A stretch of DNA of 62,209 nt, counting the filler. It is 6 parts of 6 records of this genome, joined end to end, with 100 filler letters (N's around TTAATTAATTAA, not from the genome) between each part and the next. Parts side by side here need not be neighbours in the genome. Positions count along the whole stretch, not along the records: positions 9,566 to 17,777 come from SRR31156797_18858; positions 17,878 to 24,503 come from SRR31156797_18879; 4 more parts are not named here. One strand, written 5' to 3'. Positions 11,495 through 21,078 of the stretch are shown piece by piece. Positions within the stretch are counted from its first letter, which is position 1. Each line of letters starts with the position of its first letter. The notes under the pieces were generated by a model, which was given only the letters and a program-made list of their open reading frames with translations, was not told where the DNA came from and ran no database searches. The position numbers and the translations under genes are program-made.

Positions 11495-11580
11495 AAAACA
11501 CATTTCCTTTATATTAAAGTGCCACTATTATAAAATAGTGTTAGTTAACTTATTCTAAAAAACTTGACTATAGAGGGGTT

Positions 11581-11850
11581 TTATTCCTCCTCGTTACCTT
11601 CTAACATAGCTTCTATCTCTTCGTATAGTTCAACACACTCATCATGAGATAATGATCTATCTTCTATCTCGTCAATAACAGATTTAAATTCATCTCTCAT
11701 CTCATGGAGTTCTTGTAATGTTTCTTTTTGTGTATTATCACTTTTTTTATCTTGTGCAATCACTTCATAAAGATTGTCAATTTCCTCTTCGATATCAGGA
11801 AGAACAACTTCTTCTATAAGCTCTTTGAGCTTTTTATGACAGTTTTTCAT
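11581..11850 (-). CDS. Acidic helical hypothetical protein
   Basis: 89-aa ORF with AAGGA RBS and host-like codon usage. Confidence 0.7.
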   Translation of the reverse strand: MKNCHKKLKELIEEVVLPDIEEEIDNLYEVIAQDKKSDNTQKETLQELHEMRDEFKSVIDEIEDRSLSHDECVELYEEIEAMLEGNEEE

Positions 11851-11995
11851 TTGTCTTATTCCTTAAATAGATCATTTGTAAAGATATAATACCTTGATTT
11901 TCTTTTATATTTCTTTTTACTTCTTAAACATTCTGTATAATACTCAAAGAGTAAAATTTACTTTTTAAACGGCCAATATTATAGCAAAAAAGATG

Positions 11996-13087
11996 TTATT
12001 TTAAAGTAACGATTTGACCAAATGGAATACTTACTTCACTATTTGGAACAACCCATATCACATCATATGGAGGCTCATCTTTTGGAAAAGTTCCAAAGGT
12101 ATCTGTAAAATAAAGAAGAAGATTGACTCTATCTATATTTTCATCTATATAGATAAAAGTCTCTTCAAAGTTAGTTCCACCACCACCTTTTAAAGTATAC
12201 TCTAATTCATCTCCAGGATATAAGATATGATGCTCATGAACTTTTGCATCACATATTAAAAGATCTATCTCATAGGATTCAAAACTATTCATAATAGATT
12301 CTACTTCATTTAAAAATCGTGCAAGTAACTTTCCATCAATAGAACCTGAACTATCAATAGCGATCACTATTTTTACACTTGTGCCACTTAGACTTGGAAG
12401 GGCAATATTTTTATAGAGGTATCTTTTATTGGGAGGAAGGAGTTGGTAATCAAATTTGATAGAGTTTTCTATTAAAGTATAGAGTTCATCTTCCCATGAG
12501 ATAGTTGGAGTTTCAATTTCAGGGACTAAGATTTCAAGCCCTAGTGGAATATCACCTTGAAGTTTTGCTTTATTGATAAGCTGTTGGTGGAGATCCTCTA
12601 TAGGATCTTGATCATATTCATGAACCTCTGGCATCTTTTCATATCTGATATTTTCTACCTCTTTTGGAGTATGTTTATCTTCATCTATCTCATCTTCTAA
12701 AACTTTATAAATAGCCTCGCTACTCATAGTCTCAAATCTTTCATCATAATGTAATCCATCAGGAAGACTAAGACCATTATTAACTAACAGAGCATTGATG
12801 GCATAATCTTGTGCTAAAGTCCAAAGCCACTCCATTCGTCCCTCTTTTCTAGTGTCATATCCAAGGGCTTGGTGCATAGCTGAGTTTGTCAGAATAAAGC
12901 TTAGTTCCTCATCATCTAAATGCTCTAAAAACACATCATTATATTCAAAATATTCTGGAGTTGAGGAAAAGGTAGGGATATCCTCATTTAGCTTTGGTTC
13001 TTGCATCATTGCTACTGATCCAAAGTAGGGTTGTTCTAAAAGAAGGTTTGCTTTGATTTGTTTGATACGTGATTCTATTTCATTCAT
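11996..13087 (-). CDS. DUF2201 metallopeptidase-like N-domain plus vWA-like domain protein
   Basis: LLLEQPYFG, WTLAQDYAIN, PPNKRY, AIDSSGSI (MIDAS), GGGGTNF, YFTD. Confidence 0.85.
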   Translation of the reverse strand: MNEIESRIKQIKANLLLEQPYFGSVAMMQEPKLNEDIPTFSSTPEYFEYNDVFLEHLDDEELSFILTNSAMHQALGYDTRKEGRMEWLWTLAQDYAINALLVNNGLSLPDGLHYDERFETMSSEAIYKVLEDEIDEDKHTPKEVENIRYEKMPEVHEYDQDPIEDLHQQLINKAKLQGDIPLGLEILVPEIETPTISWEDELYTLIENSIKFDYQLLPPNKRYLYKNIALPSLSGTSVKIVIAIDSSGSIDGKLLARFLNEVESIMNSFESYEIDLLICDAKVHEHHILYPGDELEYTLKGGGGTNFEETFIYIDENIDRVNLLLYFTDTFGTFPKDEPPYDVIWVVPNSEVSIPFGQIVTLK

Positions 13088-13135
13088 AGAGATATTATAG
13101 CTATTTTAGCTTATCTCATTTAGAAAAAAGAAAGC

Positions 13136-16100
13136 TTATTGATAGGAGGTGTATTTTCTGATTTTAAAAACACTATTACTTTGTGTGTTTGAATTAGTGT
13201 ATGGATTGTTGTAGCTCCAAAGCTCCTCTTTGTCATTTGATACTTCTATAAACTCACCCTCTACACCACTACAAATAAGTGTATTCCCATTTTCAAGTCT
13301 TTGGGCTCCTGAGATATGATCTGAATAAAACTTATTTGAGTAAGACCAAACAATAGTATCATCTGAATCTATCTCTACAACTGATGATGTTCCATCTGTT
13401 TCATTATTAAATACTAAAATATTCCCATTATCTAAATAGCTTGCATCGTGTTGCCTCTCTAGGGTATTATTTGCTGTATATTGATTGAGAATAGCTTTTG
13501 AACTCTCACTAATCTCAAAAATGATATTTTGTGCACGTGAGCTTAATAAGAGCTTCCCATCTTTGTAATCAATAGAATTAAAATGGATATAATCAGCTTT
13601 GGAAGAAGTAGGGTATATTCCCCCATCTTCCATAGCACTCCATGACCAAGTAATAGTTTGTGAGTTTTTATCTATTTTTACTACTTTTTCATTCCAATAG
13701 TCACTTCCGTTATACTCTTTAAGCTCCCATGTTAAAGCATAGATAGCATCATTATCAATCTGTTTAAAATCATGATGAAGAGTTATTATATCACTATCAG
13801 CAGTATAAGACCATATTACATTACTATTGCTATCAAGCTCTTCAATAATACCTCCAACTGCTCCACCAGTTGAGAAGGTTCCTCTTCTTGCAGGAGTAGT
13901 AAGCCCTGATCGTAAAAGTGTGTAATCACTTGTAAGATACGAAGCATTTGCTGCATTATAAGAACTCGTATAACTTTTTACAACATTTTTATCTGTATCT
14001 ACAAGATACGTATCTTTATCTCCCATAGTTGAAAAAAGGATATATCCCTCACTTACATCATTATTTGATACATTTACTGTAGAATCATTCGATGTGGAAG
14101 TATCTCTTACACATCGTACCATATTATCAACTCTTAAGATATCTCCTTGTGGACCTTTGTAGTAATATGTCTCATTATTGTATCCTGTTGCTGTGCTTGC
14201 TCCAGACTCATTTTCAGACATCTTTGAATTACTTCTTTGTGCTCCTGCACCATGAACATCTGAAATATTATTATTCATGTATCCCAATGCTCGACCAAAT
14301 GATACATAAGCCCCTGATTTACCTGTTTCAGATGTAGCATGAGTTGTACTACTCCAATAGTATCCCCAATCAGTTTCTCCCTCTTCATTAATAAATGAGG
14401 TAGAATTGAAAATATCATCAATAGCTGCACTATTTGTTGTATCAGGAGATTTAGAATAATCTACGATACTATGAAGCTCTTTTACATTTGGTAATCTCCA
14501 ATCATCATGGTTTGCCAAAGTGGAACTTTCACAATATTCAACAGCATCTTCAAAGTTTGAAGATTGTGTATCATCTTGTTGCCACATCAGAGATGTTGCA
14601 TTATCTGTGATAGTTTTATCTCCATTGTCTGTAAAATCGTTTTCACCATATTGTTCATTTCCTCTTGTACAAAGTACATAAAAAAGCTTATTGCTTACAG
14701 GATAACTTTTGATTCTCCCATCAACAAAATTTACTCCAAACATTGTTTCACTATTATTATTACCAAGAGTAACATTTTTTGTAGTAGTAGCATATTGACC
14801 GTCTATGATACGTTCATCTGCATTTTGGTCACCAAAAGCCCAAGCAAAGTTTTCATTTAAAAATGTGATTAATGAACTCGTATCTGTTCCAGAATAACTA
14901 CTTGGATCTTCCCCCGTAAAAGCCATAAGAGAATAAAGCGTTTTAATGTCTGGTAATCTCCAGTCATCATATCCACCTAAAACAAGATTGCTACAATATG
15001 TTATAGCATCATCATATCCAAGTTTATCATCTGCATCGGTTGTATTTCCATCATTATCAAGATCATTCGTTTGTGTCCACATAAGACCTGTAACATTATC
15101 TGTAATAATTGTTCCATTATTATTGAGAGTATAGTTTGGAGTATTTCCAGTATAATCTGCATCATATCCACTATTTTGGCAAGTAATCTCACTTCCTGTA
15201 ATAGAATCATAACATGTGGTTTGTGCTGTATCAACTATAGCATAGGTGATAGTTTTTGTACTCTCTTCATTTTCTTCCTCCTCTTCCTCTTGAGAATTTG
15301 GATTAAGTAAGTTATTAAATAAACTTGCGATTTGAGTATTCTCTTCATTGGTAGCAGTAACACTTTCCATTGAATCACTTATTTCTAAGATTGATTCTAC
15401 TAATGTTTCAAAGCTGGTATAGCTTGAAGTATCATTTAAAAGTGTCTCCTCTTGTATCTGCAAAAGTTGTTGAATCTTTTCAAATTGATTAGAAAGGGTT
15501 GATGTATTAAGATCACTATTGATTGCATTAATGATTTGTGTTGTTGTAAGCTCTTCACCTGCTTCATAAACTGAATCAGAGATGGTATTTACAATAGCAA
15601 AAAGAGCATTATTCAGCTGTTCATCATTAGCCCCTGCTGCAATAAAATGCTCCATCATAGTATATAGAGCAACCATACTGTTTCTTGCTTTTTTTGCTTC
15701 AAAGTCATTGCCTGTACCATCAAACGATAACTGATCTAGTTTTGTAGGGTCTCCATATAAAAGAGTATCAATATCTGAACTATTATCAGGATCTATCCCC
15801 ATCATCGAAGCAACTTTTTTATTTGCTAATTCTTGTGATAGTCCTTTTTGTACTGATTGTGATACCAGAGTAGTTAAAGGTGTTGCGTATCTTGTCTCTT
15901 CTGCACTTCCATTTTCAATATAGATACTGAGTTTTGTTTGGTTTTGTATCGTAGTTCCATTGATCAGATGGTTACCACCTTGAATCTCACAATTTCCTGG
16001 ATTTAGTGTATCTATAGTAAAAGTAAGGTTATCTGCGTTTAATGTAGCAGTTCCATTGTCACAAGTCATTGTGGCATTGTAGATATAACCATCTGCTACT

Positions 16101-16264
16101 ATTACAGATAAAGTACCAGTATCAGTGTCTGTTTCCGTTGTAGTATCATCATTAGAATCTGAAGAGGAAGATGAACCACCTCCACCACCGCCGCATGCTG
16201 TTAAAATCATAGATAAAGATATACAAATTAAAGTATATCGTATGATCTGTAGATAATTTTTCAT
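13136..16264 (-). CDS. Large lipoprotein with two DUF1566 (Lcl C-terminal) domains and a C-terminal arylsulfotransferase-like domain
   Basis: Lipobox LTAC followed by G/S linker; DNVTGLMW..YC..DDWRLP and DNATSLMWQ..YC..DDWRLP; HHDF, HFNSID, SSR, QHDA, AQRLENGNTLI. Confidence 0.85.
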   Translation of the reverse strand: MKNYLQIIRYTLICISLSMILTACGGGGGGSSSSSDSNDDTTTETDTDTGTLSVIVADGYIYNATMTCDNGTATLNADNLTFTIDTLNPGNCEIQGGNHLINGTTIQNQTKLSIYIENGSAEETRYATPLTTLVSQSVQKGLSQELANKKVASMMGIDPDNSSDIDTLLYGDPTKLDQLSFDGTGNDFEAKKARNSMVALYTMMEHFIAAGANDEQLNNALFAIVNTISDSVYEAGEELTTTQIINAINSDLNTSTLSNQFEKIQQLLQIQEETLLNDTSSYTSFETLVESILEISDSMESVTATNEENTQIASLFNNLLNPNSQEEEEEENEESTKTITYAIVDTAQTTCYDSITGSEITCQNSGYDADYTGNTPNYTLNNNGTIITDNVTGLMWTQTNDLDNDGNTTDADDKLGYDDAITYCSNLVLGGYDDWRLPDIKTLYSLMAFTGEDPSSYSGTDTSSLITFLNENFAWAFGDQNADERIIDGQYATTTKNVTLGNNNSETMFGVNFVDGRIKSYPVSNKLFYVLCTRGNEQYGENDFTDNGDKTITDNATSLMWQQDDTQSSNFEDAVEYCESSTLANHDDWRLPNVKELHSIVDYSKSPDTTNSAAIDDIFNSTSFINEEGETDWGYYWSSTTHATSETGKSGAYVSFGRALGYMNNNISDVHGAGAQRSNSKMSENESGASTATGYNNETYYYKGPQGDILRVDNMVRCVRDTSTSNDSTVNVSNNDVSEGYILFSTMGDKDTYLVDTDKNVVKSYTSSYNAANASYLTSDYTLLRSGLTTPARRGTFSTGGAVGGIIEELDSNSNVIWSYTADSDIITLHHDFKQIDNDAIYALTWELKEYNGSDYWNEKVVKIDKNSQTITWSWSAMEDGGIYPTSSKADYIHFNSIDYKDGKLLLSSRAQNIIFEISESSKAILNQYTANNTLERQHDASYLDNGNILVFNNETDGTSSVVEIDSDDTIVWSYSNKFYSDHISGAQRLENGNTLICSGVEGEFIEVSNDKEELWSYNNPYTNSNTQSNSVFKIRKYTSYQ

Positions 16265-16315
16265 AATGTTCTCCTTTTATTTAGCCATAGTTTACATGTA
16301 CAAATACAATGTAGA

Positions 16316-16342
16316 GTTAATAAAAAGTTAATGAAAGTTAAT
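16316..16342 (-). promoter_or_regulatory. Triple direct repeat (ATTAAC on minus strand), candidate OmpR-family binding site upstream of the lipoprotein gene
   Basis: GTTAAT at 16316, 16327 and 16337 (11- and 10-bp period). Confidence 0.55.
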
Positions 16343-17414
16343 GGAGGATAGAAAAAATATTTTTTTCACCTTTATAGGTATAAGTAAGAGTAAAATTATG
16401 CAGAGATAATATGGTATAAACTATATAAAGTCCCATACCCATTCCATGGGTTTTATCTTTTGTCTCATTATGGAAAGGTTTTAAATACTCACTTAGTGGT
16501 TTTTGGAGTTTTTCTCCTTTGGAGATGATATGAAGATATTGCTCTTCATATTCTATAAATACTTTATGATCAGTTGAATATTTTATCCCATTATCAAGTA
16601 AGTTTTTAATGGCTAAGCTGAGAATATCAATGTCAACTTTTAAAGTTTTTTCACTGATAAAGTTTTTAATAACTTTTTGATCTTTATCTTCAAGTAAAAG
16701 TATATCAATAGATCGTGCAATGATCTCTTCTAGAGTATATTTTTGAAAACGTGCTGTATAATTATTTGAAAGGATCTGTTCAACTTTTGAAAAGTCATCA
16801 ATTAAAAAAGTAAGCTTTTCAAAAATATTTATAAGTCTTGCTTTTTGTTTTGTATCCTCTATAAGTTCACTTATAATCCGACCTTTCCCTAAAGGTGTTT
16901 TAAGCTCATGCATCACAGTTCGTAAAAATAGCTGTTTTGAATGAAGCAGTAGTGTATTATCTTTGATATTTTTAAGTATAAGTAAAAAGATGATGATAAA
17001 TAGCATCACTATAAAAATAAAGATAAATAGATATATAGGGTTTGATTCCAACTTACTATTTGTATCTTTCAATAAAATATGAAAATTTGGTGCTATGATA
17101 TGAAAATAGTAGTTGTTCTCTACAAGTAATACCGCAAACCCTTTTTTCTTTAAAAGTAGATGATCCTCTTTTAGGATTTTATGAGGAGTATTTATCACAA
17201 TAAAATCTAAGTCTTGTAAGTAGTCTATCACTTGCTCTTTTTTAAATCTATTTTTTGCAAAATAATTTGAAAGATGAGAATAGTGCTGAAATACTTTTTC
17301 ATGCATATGCTCTTTTTGAATAGTAGAAAAAGAATAAAATACAAAAACAAGCAGTACTAATGTGAGGATAAATACCAATGAGAGTTTTGTAATAAGTGCT
17401 TTATTGTATCTCAT
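16338..17414 (-). CDS. Membrane sensor histidine kinase (Campylobacterota ArsS/RacS-like)
   Basis: Two TM helices; VMHELKTPLGKG; NLLDNGIKY; GMGMGLYIV. Confidence 0.92.
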   Translation of the reverse strand: MRYNKALITKLSLVFILTLVLLVFVFYSFSTIQKEHMHEKVFQHYSHLSNYFAKNRFKKEQVIDYLQDLDFIVINTPHKILKEDHLLLKKKGFAVLLVENNYYFHIIAPNFHILLKDTNSKLESNPIYLFIFIFIVMLFIIIFLLILKNIKDNTLLLHSKQLFLRTVMHELKTPLGKGRIISELIEDTKQKARLINIFEKLTFLIDDFSKVEQILSNNYTARFQKYTLEEIIARSIDILLLEDKDQKVIKNFISEKTLKVDIDILSLAIKNLLDNGIKYSTDHKVFIEYEEQYLHIISKGEKLQKPLSEYLKPFHNETKDKTHGMGMGLYIVYTILSLHNFTLTYTYKGEKNIFSILH

Positions 17415-17776
17415 TGTGTAAGTTTATATCCTAAACCTCTGATAGAGTGAAGATATCTTGGCTTTTTAGGATCATCTCCAAGTTTTGAGCGAAGTCTACT
17501 AATGATCACATCTAAACTTTTACTATAACTATCTGTAAGACTATCACAACTCTCTACTATCTGATCACGAGATACGATCCCATTTTCATTATTGATAAGA
17601 CAACTAAGTACCTCATACTCTCCATTAGTGAGTTGTAAGATGTTTCCTTGAAACTCAATCTGCATTTTTGTACTATCAAATCTAAAGGATTTTTCATCCT
17701 CAATGGTATTGTGTTTTTTCGATCGTCTTAAAAGACTGAGTATTACAGCATACATCTCTTTTGGATCATAAGGTTT
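17411..17776 (-). CDS. OmpR-family response regulator, C-terminal part (5' truncated)
   Basis: KPYDPKE; winged helix LTNGEYEVL, SLDVIISRLRSKL, SIRGLGYKL; stop overlaps kinase start. Confidence 0.92.
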   Translation of the reverse strand, partial: KPYDPKEMYAVILSLLRRSKKHNTIEDEKSFRFDSTKMQIEFQGNILQLTNGEYEVLSCLINNENGIVSRDQIVESCDSLTDSYSKSLDVIISRLRSKLGDDPKKPRYLHSIRGLGYKLTQ

Positions 17777-17777
17777 T

Positions 17778-17877
17778 NNNNNNNNNNNNNNNNNNNNNNN
17801 NNNNNNNNNNNNNNNNNNNNNTTAATTAATTAANNNNNNNNNNNNNNNNNNNNNNNNNNNNNNNNNNNNNNNNNNNN
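17778..17877. other. Artificial contig spacer
   Basis: Same N44-TTAATTAATTAA-N44 linker. Confidence 0.99.
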
Positions 17878-17914
17878 ATTCATCCCGAAATTTCGGGATG
17901 AATAATCCGGATTA
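17878..17914. repeat. Perfect 26-bp palindrome plus adjacent 12-bp palindrome at contig edge (REP-like)
   Basis: ATTCATCCCGAAA|TTTCGGGATGAAT then TAATCCGGATTA. Confidence 0.6.
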
Positions 17915-18051
17915 ACTTACAAAGTTTTGTTGGGCTAAAATAATACTTTCAGGGTAAGGCTGGATGTTATAGACCGGGGAGTCGTATACCTTCGCCAGGC
18001 ATTTAAATCACCAATGAAATTTCAGGGTTAAGCGGTTAAATGGAAATCCAG

Positions 18052-19260
18052 CTACAAAAACAAGCAACTATCGCCATAGCTCAAAAACCGGAAATCATTT
18101 TGGAGAGCGTAATCGTAAACGGTTTTCCATTCCTCGCCAAGCCAGGCGGAGATGAGGAGGAGCAGGGTACTGCGCGGCTGGTGGAAGTTGGTGATCATGC
18201 CATTAATCATCCGGAAACGGTAACCCGGAACAATCATCAACTGTGTGGAACCGCTGAGGGTTTCCAGTTTGTTTCGATCCATGAAATCCAAAATATTTTG
18301 AATGGCTTTTTCAGCCGAAAGGCTTTCATTTTCTTTTTGATAGGGGTCGAATTGGTGGATATGAAAAACAGCATCAGGATCGGTCTGGAGTTTTACACCA
18401 AACCAGTAGAGGCTTTCCAAAGTACGAACGGAAGTTGTCCCCACAGCGATGGTTTTCTCTTGAAAATCCAATAATTGTTGTAACAACCCACGGGTTACCA
18501 AAACCTGCTCGGTATGCATTTCGTGGTTGGCCAATCCCTCCTGCCCCACGGGTTTAAAAGTCCCGGCACCCACATGCAATGTAAGATTCGCGGTTTGGAT
18601 ATTTTTCTGTTCCAGTGATTGAAAAACCCTTTCGGTAAAATGCAATCCGGCGGTTGGCGCAGCCACCGAGCCATCATAACGGGCATAAACGGTCTGGTAG
18701 GTCTGGCTGTCTTTGTCCACAGCTTCGCGGTGCAGGTAAGGCGGCAATGGGATTTTCCCTGCGACTTCCAAAACTTCGGCAAAGGTAAGTTGCGGATTCC
18801 AGGAAAACTTCACCAAAAATCCTCCTGAATTTCGCTCCAACTTTTCGGCTTTCAAAAAAGAATCTCCGTCAAGGGGCAACTCCAATATTTCGGTTTTCCA
18901 GCGGCGGGCATTCCCAACCAGGCACTGCCAGGTGGCCTCTCCCTTTTGCTGAAATGCCATTTGTATTTCCGCCGTGGGATGCACAGGCTCTAAGCAAAAC
19001 ACCTCTATGTGTGCACCGGTAGGTTTCTTAAAGAAAAGTCGCGCGCGGACAACTTTTGTATTGTTTACCACCAGGAGGCTGTTGCCGGGCAGGTATTTGG
19101 CTACATTTTTAAAAATATCCTCCCGGATAAAATGATCGCGATGAACCAGCAATTTGGATTCATCGCGATTTTCCTTGGGAAACCTGGCTATTCGGTGATC
19201 GGGCAAATCGTAATCAAAATCGTTGATGTCGATACCCGCAATATTTTTTTGAAACGGCAT
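18052..19260 (-). CDS. queA: S-adenosylmethionine:tRNA ribosyltransferase-isomerase
   Basis: FDYDLP, PLPPYL, YQTVYA, GSVAAPTAGLHFT, TLHVGAGTF, AVGTTSVRTLES, TNFHQP, FLSYGD. Confidence 0.97.
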   Translation of the reverse strand: MPFQKNIAGIDINDFDYDLPDHRIARFPKENRDESKLLVHRDHFIREDIFKNVAKYLPGNSLLVVNNTKVVRARLFFKKPTGAHIEVFCLEPVHPTAEIQMAFQQKGEATWQCLVGNARRWKTEILELPLDGDSFLKAEKLERNSGGFLVKFSWNPQLTFAEVLEVAGKIPLPPYLHREAVDKDSQTYQTVYARYDGSVAAPTAGLHFTERVFQSLEQKNIQTANLTLHVGAGTFKPVGQEGLANHEMHTEQVLVTRGLLQQLLDFQEKTIAVGTTSVRTLESLYWFGVKLQTDPDAVFHIHQFDPYQKENESLSAEKAIQNILDFMDRNKLETLSGSTQLMIVPGYRFRMINGMITNFHQPRSTLLLLISAWLGEEWKTVYDYALQNDFRFLSYGDSCLFL

Positions 19261-19520
19261 TATTTGAACAGGTCTGAGATGTCGATGTCTTTCTCATACA
19301 AATGTACAACATCATCCATATCCACAATCCTGATTTTGTCGATTTTATTGGAGCTTGGCAAATACCATATCTCCACAAAAAAATCAGAATAATGATAAAG
19401 CTTAACGGTGTAATAAATATATATCCTGTGCATGAGTTCACTCCCCTGCGTTAGCACACGGTGAACCCGTTCAGGTTTTGGGAGCGACATAAACTCATCA
19501 ATAGTCATCAGCCGTTTCAT
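19260..19520 (-). CDS. Small hypothetical protein
   Basis: 86 aa, stop overlaps queA start; LYHYSDFFVEIWY segment. Confidence 0.7.
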   Translation of the reverse strand: MKRLMTIDEFMSLPKPERVHRVLTQGSELMHRIYIYYTVKLYHYSDFFVEIWYLPSSNKIDKIRIVDMDDVVHLYEKDIDISDLFK

Positions 19521-19526
19521 TTTTGG

Positions 19527-20831
19527 TTATTTAGCGGTTGTAAAGAGTGATGGCTTGAAGGTGAGCATCACCCAGGCCCAATATGGCGACTGGGTTTCAC
19601 CCGGCGTAACTCCCTTAACCTTTTCGATGGTTTCGTTGGTAAAATAATAGGAAAAACCGGCCTGCACCGTCAGTTCTTTGGTGTAATTATAAATATACAT
19701 CAGGTCGAGTTCCTGCCCCAAATTTTTATCTTCAAGCACAGTTTCGCCAATCATTACCTTGTTTGCCAGGCTAAACAAATGGAAATATCCGCGAACCCTG
19801 TGTTGGTCAGAAAACCTAACATCAACATTGGGATAAATATCCATCAGGCCACCGTTTTTGGTCGAGCTCTTCATATATGAAAAGTAATTCATCCAGCCAT
19901 AATAGGCAAACACAGCGCCGTACATTCGGTTAAATGTGCGTTCTTTCTGGAGGTAATCACTGCTTTCGGCATCATCACCGGAGATGTAATCAAAGCCCAG
20001 GCCCAGCCTGATATTTCCGGTGCGATACCCCGGATTAACGGTAAACATATATGCACTTACCTCTTTGCCTGACTGGCCTTTACCAAACTGGTAATATGCA
20101 TTGGCGGTTCCTTCGAATCCCCCTGCATTGAAGGAAGCCCACGCACCAAAAGTCCCCATCATGTAAATAATTTCAGGATGATCTGTTTTCTGATATCCGG
20201 CCCCGGTAGCAGTGAGTGAGGCAGAGAAATTATCACTGAATTTACGTTTGACCCGCACAAAATTGAATGTTTTCATCAGGTTGTTACTGTTGAAGAGCTC
20301 ACTGTCGTAAACGGGGCCTCCGGTTTTGGCATTAACCATATTGTTGTATGATAAGCCCACGTTAACATCCCAGTTGTTGTGCTTTTTATTAAAAACCACA
20401 GCATCATAAGTCAGTCCGAATTGGTTCCAGTTTCTCCAGGCTATGAGGCGTTGATCATCAAACTTTAATTCCTGTCGTCCAATGGTAAGGTCGGCACCTT
20501 TATCAAACTTAATTTTAAACCAGGCTTCATAAATATCCACAGAGTTGGTAGAGCTGAAAATACCCGTGCTTGTGTAAACATCACCATTTCCCCAAACACG
20601 CACATCCTGCAGTGAGAAACGCATCTGGTACTTATCGCTGTTGTAATCCATGTTGATACGGCTGCGTTGTGTCAGATAATAAAATGTGTTAGCGCTATCT
20701 GCCATCGGCCTAACCGTTCCATTATTCATTTCAGCACGTGTTCGCAATTGAGCCGAAATACTGAATTGGGCATTCAAAGATTCCAATGCCAACAAACTGA
20801 TCATTAAAAGAAATACTGCTTTTTTCATCAT
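19527..20831 (-). CDS. Alginate-export (AlgE-like) outer-membrane beta-barrel protein
   Basis: Signal peptide; LRTRAE, QRSR, LQDVRVWG, IGRQELKFDDQRL, NLGQELDL, WAWVMLTFKP. Confidence 0.8.
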   Translation of the reverse strand: MMKKAVFLLMISLLALESLNAQFSISAQLRTRAEMNNGTVRPMADSANTFYYLTQRSRINMDYNSDKYQMRFSLQDVRVWGNGDVYTSTGIFSSTNSVDIYEAWFKIKFDKGADLTIGRQELKFDDQRLIAWRNWNQFGLTYDAVVFNKKHNNWDVNVGLSYNNMVNAKTGGPVYDSELFNSNNLMKTFNFVRVKRKFSDNFSASLTATGAGYQKTDHPEIIYMMGTFGAWASFNAGGFEGTANAYYQFGKGQSGKEVSAYMFTVNPGYRTGNIRLGLGFDYISGDDAESSDYLQKERTFNRMYGAVFAYYGWMNYFSYMKSSTKNGGLMDIYPNVDVRFSDQHRVRGYFHLFSLANKVMIGETVLEDKNLGQELDLMYIYNYTKELTVQAGFSYYFTNETIEKVKGVTPGETQSPYWAWVMLTFKPSLFTTAK

Positions 20832-20924
20832 TCTTGGTTTTTTAATTTAACATGCAATGTCTAAACAAACGAATGGCAGAGCTGTTTAAGTCACAGGCAT
20901 TGTTAAATTGATAACAACACATCG

Positions 20925-20932
20925 CAAAGCTA
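20925..20932 (-). promoter_or_regulatory. Bacteroidota -7 promoter element (TAnnTTTG) for the porin gene
   Basis: Minus strand TAGCTTTG. Confidence 0.6.
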
Positions 20933-20987
20933 CATGGTTAAAAGATGCGCGGCAGATTCAATCAGTATAGATTACTCTGTACAGTAA

Positions 20988-21023
20988 CTGATTTAGTTCA
21001 GTTGAAACGTTGATCCTGATCAG
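20988..21023. promoter_or_regulatory. Two tandem Crp/Fnr-type boxes between divergent porin and regulator
   Basis: CTGAT-TTAG-TTCAG (20988) and TTGAT-CCTG-ATCAG (21010), 22 bp apart; resemble TTGAT-N4-ATCAA. Confidence 0.55.
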
Positions 21024-21043
21024 GTGGTTTTATGATATTTTAT

Positions 21044-21051
21044 TACTTTTG
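21044..21051 (+). promoter_or_regulatory. Bacteroidota -7 promoter element for the Crp/Fnr gene
   Basis: TACTTTTG, upstream of ATG 21079. Confidence 0.55.
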
Positions 21052-21078
21052 AAGGCTCAAAAAACTAACAATCAAAAC

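Noticed and set aside
3017..19260. QueG-like plus queA as a queuosine pathway cluster
   Set aside because: The genes are on different contigs from different lineages
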